Assembly (NCBI GenBank): GCA_017499595.2
Contig: CM039007.1
Location: 2,976,001 to 3,040,000 of the forward strand
DNA: 64,000 bases
Source: Psilocybe cubensis
Lineage: Eukaryota
Direction of reading: 5' to 3'
Notes under the pieces: generated by a model
What the model was told of the DNA's origin: nothing
Seen by the model: only the letters and a program-made list of their open reading frames with translations
Databases searched by the model: none
Shown here: piece after piece, positions 12,850 to 26,064 of the stretch
How the letters are laid out: the number at the start of each line of letters is the position of its first letter
Numbering within the stretch: position 1 is the stretch's first letter
Position numbers and translations under genes: made by a program

Positions 12850-15187
12850 TGTTGAGTTGTTGTTGTTGGCTGAAGCGGCGAGTATAAATGGGTTGGATGT
12901 TTCTAAAGTCACCAAATCGCTGGTCATTGTAATGTCATTGTGCCCCACCTTTTATAATGCCTCACTGTACGGTAATTATAGTATGACACAATTATCCGTT
13001 GAAAATGCGAAGTGTCCGTCTTTAGACATCGATCAGTTCAAAAATAGCTAATGGGGAAGTAGTTGTTCCCATTAGTCCTAATCACCTATAGGGCATACCT
13101 GCCCGCAATTGTTACGGACACACTCTGTCAAACAACGGAGACATATATTTTCCAGTGTCAATGTACAATGTAGATAACTATCTTCAACAACGATATCACC
13201 AGCTGAACATTACACGATGCTTCTTTGTTATTTACGTCTCCGCAAAGCAGAAAATATCGCAATTCATGATATTGATGTGCAATGGAATGTGTAGCTGCCA
13301 CATCAGGTGCGTTATCATTATTTGAATTTCGGATGCACTTGATTCAAATATCCTTACCGCCTCTCGGAACCCACTCACCGCGAGGTTATGTGTGTAGTGG
13401 TATGGCTGTCAAGAATTTGATTGCGAAACTGATATGCCGAACACGCTCTTCATAATTTGTTCACATTTCACTTTCCACTTGAACTGACTTATCCCGTTAG
13501 CTTTCCTCGACATCATTTCCACTGGCTTCCCAACCACGACGCGTACAACGAAGAATTACCAACCCTCGCATAGATCCATTCAGATTTCTCACCGCTGACC
13601 TCATCTTCAAGTCGGCCCGACATCTAACAAGTCTGCGAACATCCTATCACATCTATCTACCTAATTCTGCTCCAAGCTTCGTGTTCCTTCATGGAGTTCA
13701 TTGACGCATCTGCCATCAGCGCATGTCTCTTGAAACCATCCATGCCAATCGCAATGTGAATCATGTACTCTCCGAGGGTCGCCCACTGTACAACGCCCGT
13801 CTACTTGCACGTCCTATCTCTTAAGTGATCAATTGCTCGTATGCCCCATAACTTTTGTGAGGTTTGAGTATGCACATATGCACATCTGAAATGCACATGG
13901 GCGCTTTGGAACCAACCACATACGCGTACAGGGTCTCGCTATTATCAAACCCTTTCCAAACTCGCAAATCCTCACAACCTGGACCACGTCTGAGACGCTG
14001 GACCTCCCGCCTTTCCTGCGCCTTCTAGTGCTATACTTTTCGCTCGCTCATATGTTCTGCTTTGCATAAGCACATATTGTACACTGCAGACCGGCCAATA
14101 TGCTGCACCATCACCCCTCCTTTACGTCGCCCCAAAGAACCCTTGATTTTACTAGTCAGCGTACGATTTGGCCGGTGTGCACTGATATATGCGCAATGAA
14201 AAGGAAAGGAAAGAATGAAGATGCAAAAACATAAAGAACGTTCAGTGATTTTGATATAGAGTGAGATGGGGGTACGGTCGTATCTCGTCATCGCGGTTAT
14301 ATCCTTATCTAACAGCACGTAGTGTATTTGAGGTGGCGTAAGAGGATAGAAATGGGACAGGGGACGGGGATAGATAGGTGGCGATGGACGTGGCAATGGA
14401 CATCAGAGTTCAGAGCCAGGCAAACGGTCGGTTAAAACTCCTTCCTCATCATTCGCATTGACTTGTAGTGCGAGCGAGGAGACAGACAACGGTATACAGC
14501 ATGCTTGACAATGATGGTCAAGGCTTGGTGCTAGCCAAGGTAGCAAAAACACAGAACAAGAAGCAGCACCAAAACGAGCAAAAGTAACAGGGCCCGGAGA
14601 GTGGCGAGCGAGAACAACATCCGGGATTGAGTATCGGTCCCTCTCTCTGCACGTTCCGCATCCCATTTCACATGGTGACACCTCCTTCATATCCACAACA
14701 CCTATCCCCCTGCTTACAGTCACTCCGAGGACCATCAACATGTATTAGAATCTGCTGGAATAGACCCTGTACGGTGCTGCATCAAGCTTAGAAAACAACG
14801 CCGGGTACTTGGGCGTATAAATGGGAAGGGGGTGTATTTCGTGAAGGCAGGGTTGAGGGGATAGGATCAGGGTAGTTGCGAGGGTTGTGGGGAAGAAGTG
14901 AGATAGGCAGCAGCAGCACTGAGATAACCGCAGCACCCAGCGAACAAACCACTCACCTGGACGTTCCTCGTCGTCGTCCTCCTCCTCTATTCCGCAACAT
15001 TTCCATCTCGCGTCCCATCTCCACAGTAACGTATTTCTCGAGTCATGTAATGTTTTTGCTGCCATTGAGTGGTTGAGGGACGCGATGGTGGTGGAAGACG
15101 ATGACAAGTATCGGGTTGTTTGTCCTTGCTGTTGTCAGGGACATTCAAACTCCGCTGCAGAGCACTCAGCACAGAAGCTTTCAGCCC

Positions 15188-15843
15188 GGTTTTCCGTTCA
15201 TAGGAGTGGGTGTCCCAAACAGGAAATGACCAAAAAATGGAGAGAAAAAGAGAGAGACTCACGATGCTTTATTTTTGTCAAAATTTTGAAGAGAAATTAC
15301 TTGAAATTACTCGAGAATATGTATGGATTTGTTACAAACATAAATTTTGTAAAATACCGTGTGAAACGAGAGGCAAATTTTCAAAGATTTCGCGCTGACG
15401 CGCGTCCGAGAAATGGTCCATGTAAACATGTACCTTTTACTTTGTCTGTACTCTAAATTTGTCTGATATTTTTTATCTGGGCATTATTTACTTTATATGT
15501 GATCTAGAATATCTCTCAAAGAGCCTCAAAAAATCAAACCAGGATGCCCGTCGAGCGTGAATTGAATACAGAAATGCGCAAATGTGGCTGTGTTGCGGCA
15601 CCTCGGCTGGCAGATAACATTGGGGGTGGCAGATAACATCCATACGTATTCTACTGATTCGACAGCACTTACTCAAATTTTAAAGGCACATATGTGTATA
15701 CACCTTCTTTACATACTTGAATGCATTTTTTTCATTGCAGTTCATCCAAAGTTTTATGGTGAAAAGTGTGAAAAGAGTAAGCTCGGATTATGCCGGGCAG
15801 ATAACATGGCAGATAATATACCCACACCTATGATCGGTAAACC
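15188..15843. mobile_element. 656-bp non-autonomous TIR element, copy 1 of a tandem pair
   Basis: Imperfect 26-bp TIR GGTTTTCCGTTCATAGGAGTGGGTGT / ATACCCACACCTATGATCGGTAAACC, preceded by TTCAGCCC at 15180-15187. Confidence 0.85.
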
Positions 15844-15849
15844 TTCAGC

Positions 15850-16505
15850 GGTTTTCCGTTCATAGGAGTGGGTGTCCCAAACAGGAAATGACCAAAAAAT
15901 GGAGAGAAAAAGAGAGAGACTCACGATGCTTTATTTTTGTCAAAATTTTGAAGAGAAATTACTTGAAATTACTCGAGAATATGTATGGATTTGTTACAAA
16001 CATAAATTTTGTAAAATACCGTGTGAAACGAGAGGCAAATTTTCAAAGATTTCGCGCTGACGCGCGTCCGAGAAATGGTCCATGTAAACATGTACCTTTT
16101 ACTTTGTCTGTACTCTAAATTTGTCTGATATTTTTTATCTGGGCATTATTTACTTTATATGTGATCTAGAATATCTCTCAAAGAGCCTCAAAAAATCAAA
16201 CCAGGATGCCCGTCGAGCGTGAATTGAATACAGAAATGCGCAAATGTGGCTGTGTTGCGGCACCTCGGCTGGCAGATAACATTGGGGGTGGCAGATAACA
16301 TCCATACGTATTCTACTGATTCGACAGCACTTACTCAAATTTTAAAGGCACATATGTGTATACACCTTCTTTACATACTTGAATGCATTTTTTTCATTGC
16401 AGTTCATCCAAAGTTTTATGGTGAAAAGTGTGAAAAGAGTAAGCTCGGATTATGCCGGGCAGATAACATGGCAGATAATATACCCACACCTATGATCGGT
16501 AAACC
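15850..16505. mobile_element. 656-bp non-autonomous TIR element, copy 2 of a tandem pair
   Basis: Apparently identical to copy 1 at offset 662. Spacer TTCAGC at 15844-15849, followed by TTCAGCCC at 16506-16513. Confidence 0.85.
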
Positions 16506-17796
16506 TTCAGCCCGTCCATGTGTTCTCTTCCTCGTCTATCCAGAACCAGAATGTCCATCAAAATCCATATGTGGCCCTGATTACGCTAGATGCTAGATAG
16601 GTATACTCTGCTCATGGTTTGGGAAAATTGACACCAGCCCCTGCTTTTTGTCTGGCTTACCGTCCTTCCCCTTCCCTATCAGGCACCCTCAGGCACCACA
16701 CGAATGAGTTTGGTGAGTTTTCGATGACGAAATGGGATGGGGAATGATAGTCGTGTAGGGCAAGTACACGTTGGAGATGGCGGAAAACGAGGCGAAGATA
16801 TGTCGTAATCGGTCATAAAGACGTGGGGGGAAGCAGACGACATGCCCAGATAGAGGAAGACACGCAGGAACAAGTACAGGTGCATGGGAGAACGCGTTGG
16901 ATCATGCAAGGTAGTAATAAGCGACACTTCACACCGCACTGGACGCATCTAAGAGAGGATATATGGAAAGACGTAAGAAGCATACCAACTACGTGCTATG
17001 CACACCACCGCGATTCAGGTATAGGTCGGTGTAGTTTCCACGGCGTCGGTTTCATCTGTGCGTCAGTACTGTGGGAAGGTGGCGAAGAAGAGGTGAGAGG
17101 TGAACCGTACACTAAAAATAAGCTCCCTCTCCTCCTGCACAATACACTAATGGATTCTCATCGAAAGCTCAGGTCATCTCCCCGCGTTCACGCGATTCCA
17201 GACTCGCGATTGAATTAGAACGTCGTCTCAATTTATTTTTTAAAGATATATTTGGCAAAACGGGTGCAGAAAGAAAAAAAAGGAGGAGAGAGTGCAAAGA
17301 CGGCAAAGCGTGTGGCTTGCTTGCAGGTACACATCTGCTTCTTCCATGGCCTCGCAATCGTATCTTGCTTAACACCACATAATGTCCGTGCGATGCTGAT
17401 ACTAGGTTACGCGGCGTGAGGCAGGGGATCTGATGAGGAACACGTGGGTATTTTCATCCTTGCCAGCGAGGTGGGCTTGGTGTGCTTGACGAGATTAGAG
17501 ATGGAGACGGCGTAGAGCCAGAGGGTAATCCAGACCGGGTTTGGGTCTTTCTCCATCGCATCAATACAGTCATTTTCTAACAAATGTGGCTGACTGTGAA
17601 AACATTTTCCAAGAATATATATATACAACGTTGGAGATTATGAACACCTTTTAGCCATGGGCCAATGTCAGCCAGATGCAGCATCATTAATTTGGTTCAG
17701 CGAGGCATGTGAGGACATGTTAGCACGATGGCTTGCAAGCACCAATCGAAGGACCATGGCAGTTGGAACAATCCCCTGAAACATCACCAACCAATG

Positions 17797-18883
17797 TTAA
17801 ACCACTAATATCACGATTAAACGCTCAGGATAACTCACCAGAACATTTTCAGCGACAGTGGCATAGGTTTCCAACGCAATCAAAGGGGATGTTACGTCGC
17901 TTAGCTGAGGAACCACTGAACAAAGGGCAACGACTATGAGAATAATCGAGTATATCGCGGATGTTTCGATAACTATAGTGAGGATGCGCATGTATCGGTT
18001 TCGTGAGCGGGAGATATCACGCGTGGAGCTGTATATTTTGTATCCGATAAGGATGGTTGCGTACAAAGTTGTACACAGGGAGGAAAGAAGTGTTGCGCCC
18101 GCAATATAGTTTATTCGAGCTTGGCCCTGTGCTGTATTGATTTCTGGTGTCATCCAGAGAAATACAAGGTCTGTGATGGAGAGGGCTGGCAATCGGAATA
18201 TATACTGATCAGCTAGTCAAATGGAATCTTGAAAGTTGATAAGTTATACCTGATTCTATAACCAACAGCGCAACAACGACCGTAATTACTTTCCATGAGT
18301 TCCCCCACATTCCATAGCATCTCCAAACCTGTTAATGTGCAAATAAGTTTTATTTGTAATGGATGACAGATATACGAACAAGTAACATATCCGCAACCAC
18401 AATTGAGATATTAGATATCAGCCCAAGACCCACGCGAGTCCATTGAGGAATCGTCAATGACGCTTGGAATATGGAATTCTGCGTCTCTCCACTCGTGATG
18501 ATGTTATGGTCAATTCCAATCCACTGAACAACAAGATTGAAGAATGAAAACACGTAAAGTACTGTAACCGCAGCCAACACCGCACGATGAGCCACGGTTT
18601 GTGGCCTTTTAGATACTGACAATATCGAAAATTTGCCTTCAGCGCCTATGTACAGTCTACATGAAAGTCCAGAAACACATACAGTAGAGATATGCAGTTG
18701 CTCCATATACGACTGTGTAGACCCCTGATAATCCAATGCTCGTGGACAATTGATCTATGCGTTCATAACATATCACGTCTAATCACCTGTCAAAAGACTC
18801 TGCAACATTATCGTGTTTAACTGAGTGATCCCAATCACATTTTCTTCGATCTTGTATGGGAAGTCGGAACTGAGGGGATCCAT
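17797..18883 (-). CDS. Multi-pass membrane protein of the 7TM-like type common in agaricomycetes; 3' end uncertain
   Basis: Hydrophobic exons with LQSLLTG, VADMLL|VWRCYGMWG, LYATILIGYKIY and ILTIVIETSAIYS, separated by GT-AG introns. ATG at 18883. Confidence 0.7.
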
Positions 18884-20416
18884 GGGTGCTACTTAATGAT
18901 GTTCGAGCTATATGTTAAGAGTATATGTAGAGATATCCTTGTTCTCACGCAACGAACAAAATGATGCTGATCCTGTTACTGTGGAGTCAACATTCACAGC
19001 ACGCCAGAAGACATGCTTACGCCCGTCAAAAAATCTGACGCATTACCTAGGCAGCGTGAGCTTCTGAAGTGATGTATCATTCATGTATAACAGTCATTCT
19101 ACTTCTTGGGATGCAGGTTGAGCATTCCAGATATTGTATCACTGGCGTTGACAATTCTAAGGTTGACGTGATCAATCCTGTTGTCTGTGGGATTGTGTTC
19201 TACTGGAAAAATCTGTCTCTTATAGCTAAAATAAAAACACGGCTGTGTTATGCTCATGATGATTACGGGAACATATTCTATTGTTTTGTTGGGATAAATG
19301 ACTTGCAGCTTTAAACCGGTGATGGAAATGATTCCTCTGGTCCACAGGTCCAATTCCATATTTGCATAGTCCAAACTCCTCTAGACAGCGGGAACGCCAT
19401 AGCTGCGTCCCTCAAACGGATTTACTGGAGACTGTTTACAATGTCTGGGATATCATACGCTATTGCTTCTAGTGGTTCGACTTTGGAGATGCTCAGGCTG
19501 CGCATTTGGGTACTCTTCTGTATTTCTCTTTCCGTTTTTTGCATTGCTGTGGTTAGAAACCTATCAGACGTGTATATATGCACATTTGAGACACATATCT
19601 GGATGTAAACCGTCTATTTTCAGGTTTTCTATGTTGTGGAGCTACCACCAATTCGCTCAAGTCATATTTCCTTCAGGCCCTTTAAAATGTTAGCAAGACT
19701 TACTGTGCATACACTCAGATGTGCTGTTACATCTCACTCGCCTAGGATGTGTATGTGGTGAGAATGCGTACCTAGCACCCGGCCAGCAGTGAGCGACAAG
19801 TCCATCCCATCGCACCACCTCGCTGACTCGGATCTGCTCTGTACTTTGGAACTGCGCAGGTATGTGACACGACTGGGACCAATTCTGGACACTGGACGCC
19901 GATTTATCTCTCCATCAAACGGTACCCCCTCGAACCGGTGGTGGCCAGAGTAACTACAATGTCAACGGCTGAGGACGCTGAGCGCGGAACAGCACTCACA
20001 CATATCAGTATTCCCTTCTAGAATTTGTAGGGCGGTGAGTCCAGTTGGGCTTGGAGAAGAACTCACACAGTATATGGCAGTCGTAATGAAGCTTTCCGCA
20101 ATGAAAGAGGATGCGTTGAGGTGTGCTGTGCTGTGGTAGTGTTGGAAGGGACGAGGTGGGTCATCCCTGATCGGAATTCCCGCCGAAGGTACTCCCGACG
20201 CTGCCAACGTCCACATCACTTTGTCGTTCTGTCAGCCTGTAGGCTCAATGGTGAGGTTCAAGCAATGCGACGACATGGATTTGTATGAAAGGAGATGTTT
20301 GAGGAACTGCACTGGGATGAGGTATGCGGGAATTTAATAGTGTTGACGGTGCTGAGGGTTACAAACACGGTCGGTCAATATCTTGGACAGTGTCTTGTGG
20401 TGCTGAGAACAGCCAG

Positions 20417-20647
20417 CACTGCGGGCGATGACTGCTGTAAGTTGAACAAACAGCCATTGTTTTACATGTTTTATGTAAGTTCAGCTGTAAGTTCAACATA
20501 CAGTCTACTTACACTCAAAAATAATCGCCTTTTATGGAAATTATTTGAGTGTAAGTCATGATGTATGTCGAACTTACAGCTGAACATACATAAAACATGT
20601 AAAACAATGGCTGTTTGTTTAACTTACAGTAGTCGTCGCCGGCAGTG
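20417..20647. mobile_element. Fold-back MITE, CACTG..CAGTG termini, 3-bp TSD (CAG)
   Basis: Arms of about 100 bp pair almost to the centre (ctgtaagttgaacaaacagccattgttttacatgttttatg vs its inverse). CAG at 20414-20416 and 20648-20650. Confidence 0.85.
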
Positions 20648-20802
20648 CAGACGGATGTAGGGAAAGGATAAATAGGTCGATATTAGCAAAGTATGGTACA
20701 ATGGCAAATTATATATATATAAATTATAATGGATGATATAGAGATGTAGAATGAAAAACAATAGTATAGAAGGAGGAGAAGGACTGAAAATAAAGAGAAG
20801 AA

Positions 20803-22791
20803 TCAGAGGTATACAGGAACGTCTTCGGCACTGTCTAAAATGTTTGCAACGCCTTCAAAGCGAGGAGTCAGCTCCACTCTGAATGCCTTTGGAGTACGAC
20901 CAGAGAATCCTTCATATTCATCCAGACTGATTGGTTCGTTTTGAATGGAATTGAAGTTGAATGACCAGAGTAATCGCGAGCAAACCAACCATAGCTCGCG
21001 TTCCGCCGTTTGAATCCCGGGGCATATTCTTCTTCTAATATATATATATTTATATATCACACATGAGCCAGTGTTCAAGGAGGACTTGGAGTCTATTTGC
21101 TCACCCAGCGCCGAATGTCCAATGATCACGAGCCATGGGATCGGAGAGTTTTGAGGATTCGTTGCTACTGAGACCGTCATTGAGATATCGCTCGGGATTG
21201 AACGAAAAGCTGTAGAGAGTAGTCAGGATCAGGATCTATGTGGTGCATGAATAATGTAGAAGAACTCACGGATCAGGGTATCTTGTCTCGTTGTGATGAA
21301 TGGTATAGCAGTTGAGTATCACGACGGTGTCTTTGGGTATATAGTTCCCCTTATAAGCGAAATCTTCGGTTGTGAAATGGGGGGTTGCATTCCAGAATGG
21401 TGCGTGTACGCGTTCCAACTGGTGATATGAGTCTTTTGTCAGAATGGCTTCGATACACGGAGAAATATGAAGATGACCTCTTTGATTATAGCTCGAACGT
21501 ATGGGAGGTTGAACTCGTCCTCGATGGTGGGCCAGCGATCACGTCCAATGACTCTGTCCAGCTCTTGTTGAGCTTTTACACAGATATCAGGATGAGAAAT
21601 CATAGTTGCAATGAACCATTGGATCATTACAGATACCTGTAGAGCATCGACGTTAGAGGGCAAGCTTGACTACAACAACTTATTCAACGAACCGAATGTA
21701 CTCCTCCCAGTGTGAAGACAGCTGATAGCATGCAGATGTCTTCCCAGTCAAGCTTCTCCGTCTCTTGATTTTCCAGAAGAGTTTTGATCAAGCAATCGGG
21801 AACATCCTCGCCGGCGAGCATCTTGTCCTTGAACTGGAGAATCATTGAGCCGTAGGTGTCAATGATGTCGGCGTATAGCTGATGTCCCCTTTTCTTTTTC
21901 GAAGTTGGGATATACTGAAGAATTGTAAAGAAGTCGATTGCATTTGCCCACGGTCCTATGCTTGCTGTGAGATTGGGCGCTTAAGTATTCTTGGGATATC
22001 ACACACCACTAAGTTCCATGAATTCCATGTTCAATTTCATCGCTTTTGCGATCAAAGGATCTTCAATTGACGTAGTTCGCATCCCAAAGGAAAGCATCAG
22101 CATGTTGCTAACATAAACCCGTCAGTTTCATTGATTTAGAATAGTGATGTGACCACAAACTTCAGTGCGTATCTTACAGAAGCTTGTGCGGGGCTTAATG
22201 GGGTTGTTCCTCGCTCGCTTTGCTCATATAGAGCCTTTATTAGCATATGAGCCTCGTAGTCCATGATATCTGCATGGTCCTCCATGGACTTCGGACTCAG
22301 GGCCTGAGAAGCAAGCCGCCGATGCTGCCTCCACTTCTCCCCATACGGAGAGCCCGTAATAGCACGACCTCTTAGAATAACTTGACTTTTCAAGAAGTAT
22401 CGCTTCCGGCTGGAAAATATCGCTCCGTTGGTGACGAGCAGATCTTTGGCGACTTGCGGGTCGGAGATGACTACAAATAGTTGATTGCCCATCCAAATAG
22501 AGAAGAGGTCTCCGTATTGCTTTGCCCAGCTGTCCAGTGCGCGCTCGGAGTATTTGCGTAGGTAGGCGTATCGTGTTGGGGGTCCGGGAGGGATGGTATT
22601 GCCATCTTTGTCCCTTACAAGACGACGAAGGGCGATGGGGCTTAGAAAATAAGCGCCGAGAAGTAAAAGAGATACGGTGATGAGCTAGAAACAGTTACGT
22701 TGTGAGTAGAAGCCAGTATATATGTGGCTGTAGAAGGCACCTGGAAGGTTAGAGCGAGGGAAAAACCCACAATAGATCCAACGAACAACAT
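20803..22791 (-). CDS. Cytochrome P450, multi-exon
   Basis: N-terminal anchor, PPGP hinge, WAKQYGD, WRQHRR, AQQELDRVIG, LPYVRAIIKE..ER, FNPERYL and heme motif FGAG|RRICPG. Confidence 0.93.
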
Positions 22792-23459
22792 CGGAGTCAG
22801 CAAAGAAATTGAAGAAATTATTTGGAATGTGATGTCTCTGTATGTTTTCTACTCTCTTTTATAATCATGATCTATACAAGAACATGTGATGAGATAACAG
22901 GAATGGGGAAATGCAGGTGCACTGTCTATCAATGCGAGAGCAATGCAAGATGGACGACATTGTAAGTACATGGCTCTGTACCTCGGAGAGGTTTTCAAGT
23001 CGGCCCCTAAATCGATGCGTCTAGTGTGCATACATGATGTCAACACTGGAGAATGATGCCATGTTCCGCTATGCAAGTACAGGAGTACTTGGTCGATATA
23101 TTGTTCCGCCATACAAGTGTAGAAGTACTTGGACACTGCCACGTTCCGCTGTATCAGTGTACTTGGCACCTATATTTATAGTGCCAGGCACAAAACATAA
23201 ATATGTGGGTGGTGCGCGCTTCTCCAAAGATTACTCATTCATTAGACCCCGCAGGCAAATGATAACCGGTATAGATAGCGGGCATGAGGCCTTGAAGATA
23301 AAAATCGTGGACAACGTAAGCCAAGGGACAACATGTGAGAGTGAGAACAAAGAAGATGATGCATATTATTACTTCTACATAGATCTTGGTATACAAGATG
23401 TTGGGTTGATATGTACGAGCGTTCATGTCAATGACGCGGCAAATGTGGGCTGAACTCAG

Positions 23460-24480
23460 GGGGAGGAGTGAATTCGTCTGTTCAATTGAGCGCACCCTTC
23501 CATGTTTTCCGGCTCACTCTCTTTTATCCCGACAGAACATTTCAACTGTACGCTTAATCCGTGTCAGAGCTCATCCTCATTCTTGAACCGATACTGCATA
23601 CATTCTTCAAGCAAGAATCGCCAAGAGGAACCATCACAGTTAGCAGGCTATCATCGGCCGGAGTTCCACGAACTCGTGTTCTACCTCTTCATCTTTCCCC
23701 GTCTCCTCCTCGCTCTCTGCCGCGCCCTCCCCGATGTACCTTTGTCAACTAAGCCCGCGTCCGCTCCAAAACTTTTATTCTGCGTTATTGTAGGTGTCGA
23801 TACCCAACACAAAGTTCACTTTTCTCACACGCTCTTTCCCTCAGCCTTTCTGCTCTCTCCGTCATCAGCTGGTTGAACAAGGGTGCGGCAAGAACACTTT
23901 TGTACAGCAATGGTTCCAGGATTGGATACGGCGTTGACAGCACTGGTTGCTCTCAGATCAATTCACGGTGCGCTGTAGTACCTAGTTCCATTGTTACCCT
24001 GCTGATAATGAACACCACCCTTGCCGCTCCAACCATTGACATCCGTGCCTATGCACCATCCTCGATGCATCCCGCTTCTTCACATAGGACCTTCGACTAG
24101 AACACAGCGCACTCCTCCCTCGTCCTCCCTCGGGTGTTCTCAACAGAAGCGCTCAAAAGCACATATTTTTCGATCACATCTCGACAGAATTCAGCGTGGA
24201 CATCGGATTTCATGGCAGCTTGGGAGCGGGAGTTGTGTGGGGTCGGGGAGAGTGACACTACCGGTCAATTTTCAGAGAGAACCTTACCGATTGCAGATCT
24301 AGAAATCTACATGGGGGTTTTCTGGTACGTGTTTACCTCTTCGTCTTCGTCCTCGTCTGCCACTTCCCCTTCCGCCTCCGCTTCCCACACCAACACCATC
24401 TCTATCTCTGTTCCTTCTTTTTCCATACCAATCCGGCCAACTCCCGTGCTCCGCATCACTGTTGTTGTTAAAGCTTGTCC
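23460..24480 (-). pseudogene. Degenerate coding-like relic, family not recognised
   Basis: Protein-like stretches (acidic runs, WFLLAILA, IKRTVEMFCRD) broken by several TGA/TAA stops. Confidence 0.25.
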
Positions 24481-26064
24481 CCACGTTCTCCTAAACCTCG
24501 TTTTCTAGTCTGTGGTATACGTGTGTCGTGTGCAACCCTACTATGTACACCAACTACCACTGTTACAAACATCTCATTTCCCGCCTAATCCCCGTCTTTC
24601 TTTTGTTTTTAATGGTTGCTTAGTTTTCAGTTAACTTGGAAGATGATGTTTCTCGAGTCGAGAAGCGCGGCTTAGTGGGAATGCAGGTACTGGTGTGGGT
24701 ATAGGAAAATTGGATAAGCTATAGATCGCGAATTAGTGAGTTCCTAGGTCGCTATCATATGTCGCTAATATTGACTTACTTTTCTCTCCATAACATCTCC
24801 CCATCCCCCCATCCTTATTTCATATTCCTTTCACATCCCACAACATCATTTTCGTTGGAATGACACTGTGCCTCTCATCCACCCTCTTCATTTTTACGTT
24901 ACCAATCTCTGGGCTCTCCGCAACCCACAACCCATCACCCACCACCTGCCATTTCATGTCCTCTAAGGCATCACCGCTTCGCACGGGCGCTGTACCTCCC
25001 AACATACCATGTATTGGCGTTACATGCACACGTCACCGCTTCCTGCCTACCTCTCAGCGCATGGTGAGCTCGTGCTAGCGCGTGTGCAGGTGCAGGAGTG
25101 TACGGTTGAAGGTGGGATGAGCGATGGCGATGCACGTTCATGTGTGTCAAACGGGCGCTACGCTCTTTAAACACGGTTTTTATTTCATCCAATCCTCTTT
25201 TGAACTTGCTTTTATTTAACTTTCATGCTCCTAGTCGACATATTGGGATACCTGCCTCTGATCTCATTTCATATCCGTCACGGTTATTACCGCGTCATGG
25301 TTTTTGTACACCTCTCCTCATCCAGGTCGCTTTTGAGTGCACGTTCTATTTGTCCTTGATCACACGCACACACATGCGCTGACCCTCGTGAGACTCTGGG
25401 CTATGCATCAGAACCTGTCGCATAGCCTTCTCATTGTTTAGCTGTGCATAATCCTGTTATCAAACCATGTATGTATATTATTTGCGCAGTCCACTTCACC
25501 ACTGTATTTGTCTTGCCTTTGTCATCATACCCGGTGATATGTTTGAACGTTAGAAATTCAAACCCGGTTAATGAAAACCCCATACGAAAAAACAGCAAGA
25601 ACACACCGCTGTCTCTGAATTGTGAGTAAACTCGGATATCTAGGTTCTCAGAGGACACTAGGACGCACCAGTGGCACTGATATGGCTGTGGAAATCCCAG
25701 TATCTAGCACCACCCATGAGGTCATGCGGTAAACACTGCTCTGGATTAAAATAGTTATTGCACAGCAACAGGAATGTCATTAAGAGTGTTATTTGAAGTA
25801 TATCTCCGGTCTTAACTCAAATGACCTCCATGCCGGTGACAAACAGGTCGGAAATGAGTGAGTTTAAATATACCCCCCCTGTACAGCATTGTCATATCAA
25901 AATACCATCGATAGTACACTGCTCTCAACGAAGGCTATGATGGAATAGCATAGCTTACCATGTTATATATCAATACACGAGTAAGATAGATTGGCCATAT
26001 AACTACTCTCCCTTGACTATCACTGTACCCCAACGCTTCCTCCTTACAGACCGTTCTGGATGAC

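Noticed and set aside
13480-13800. F-box/LRR-like relic (VPSWSSLTHL)
   Set aside because: A single short motif among stops; not enough to call.
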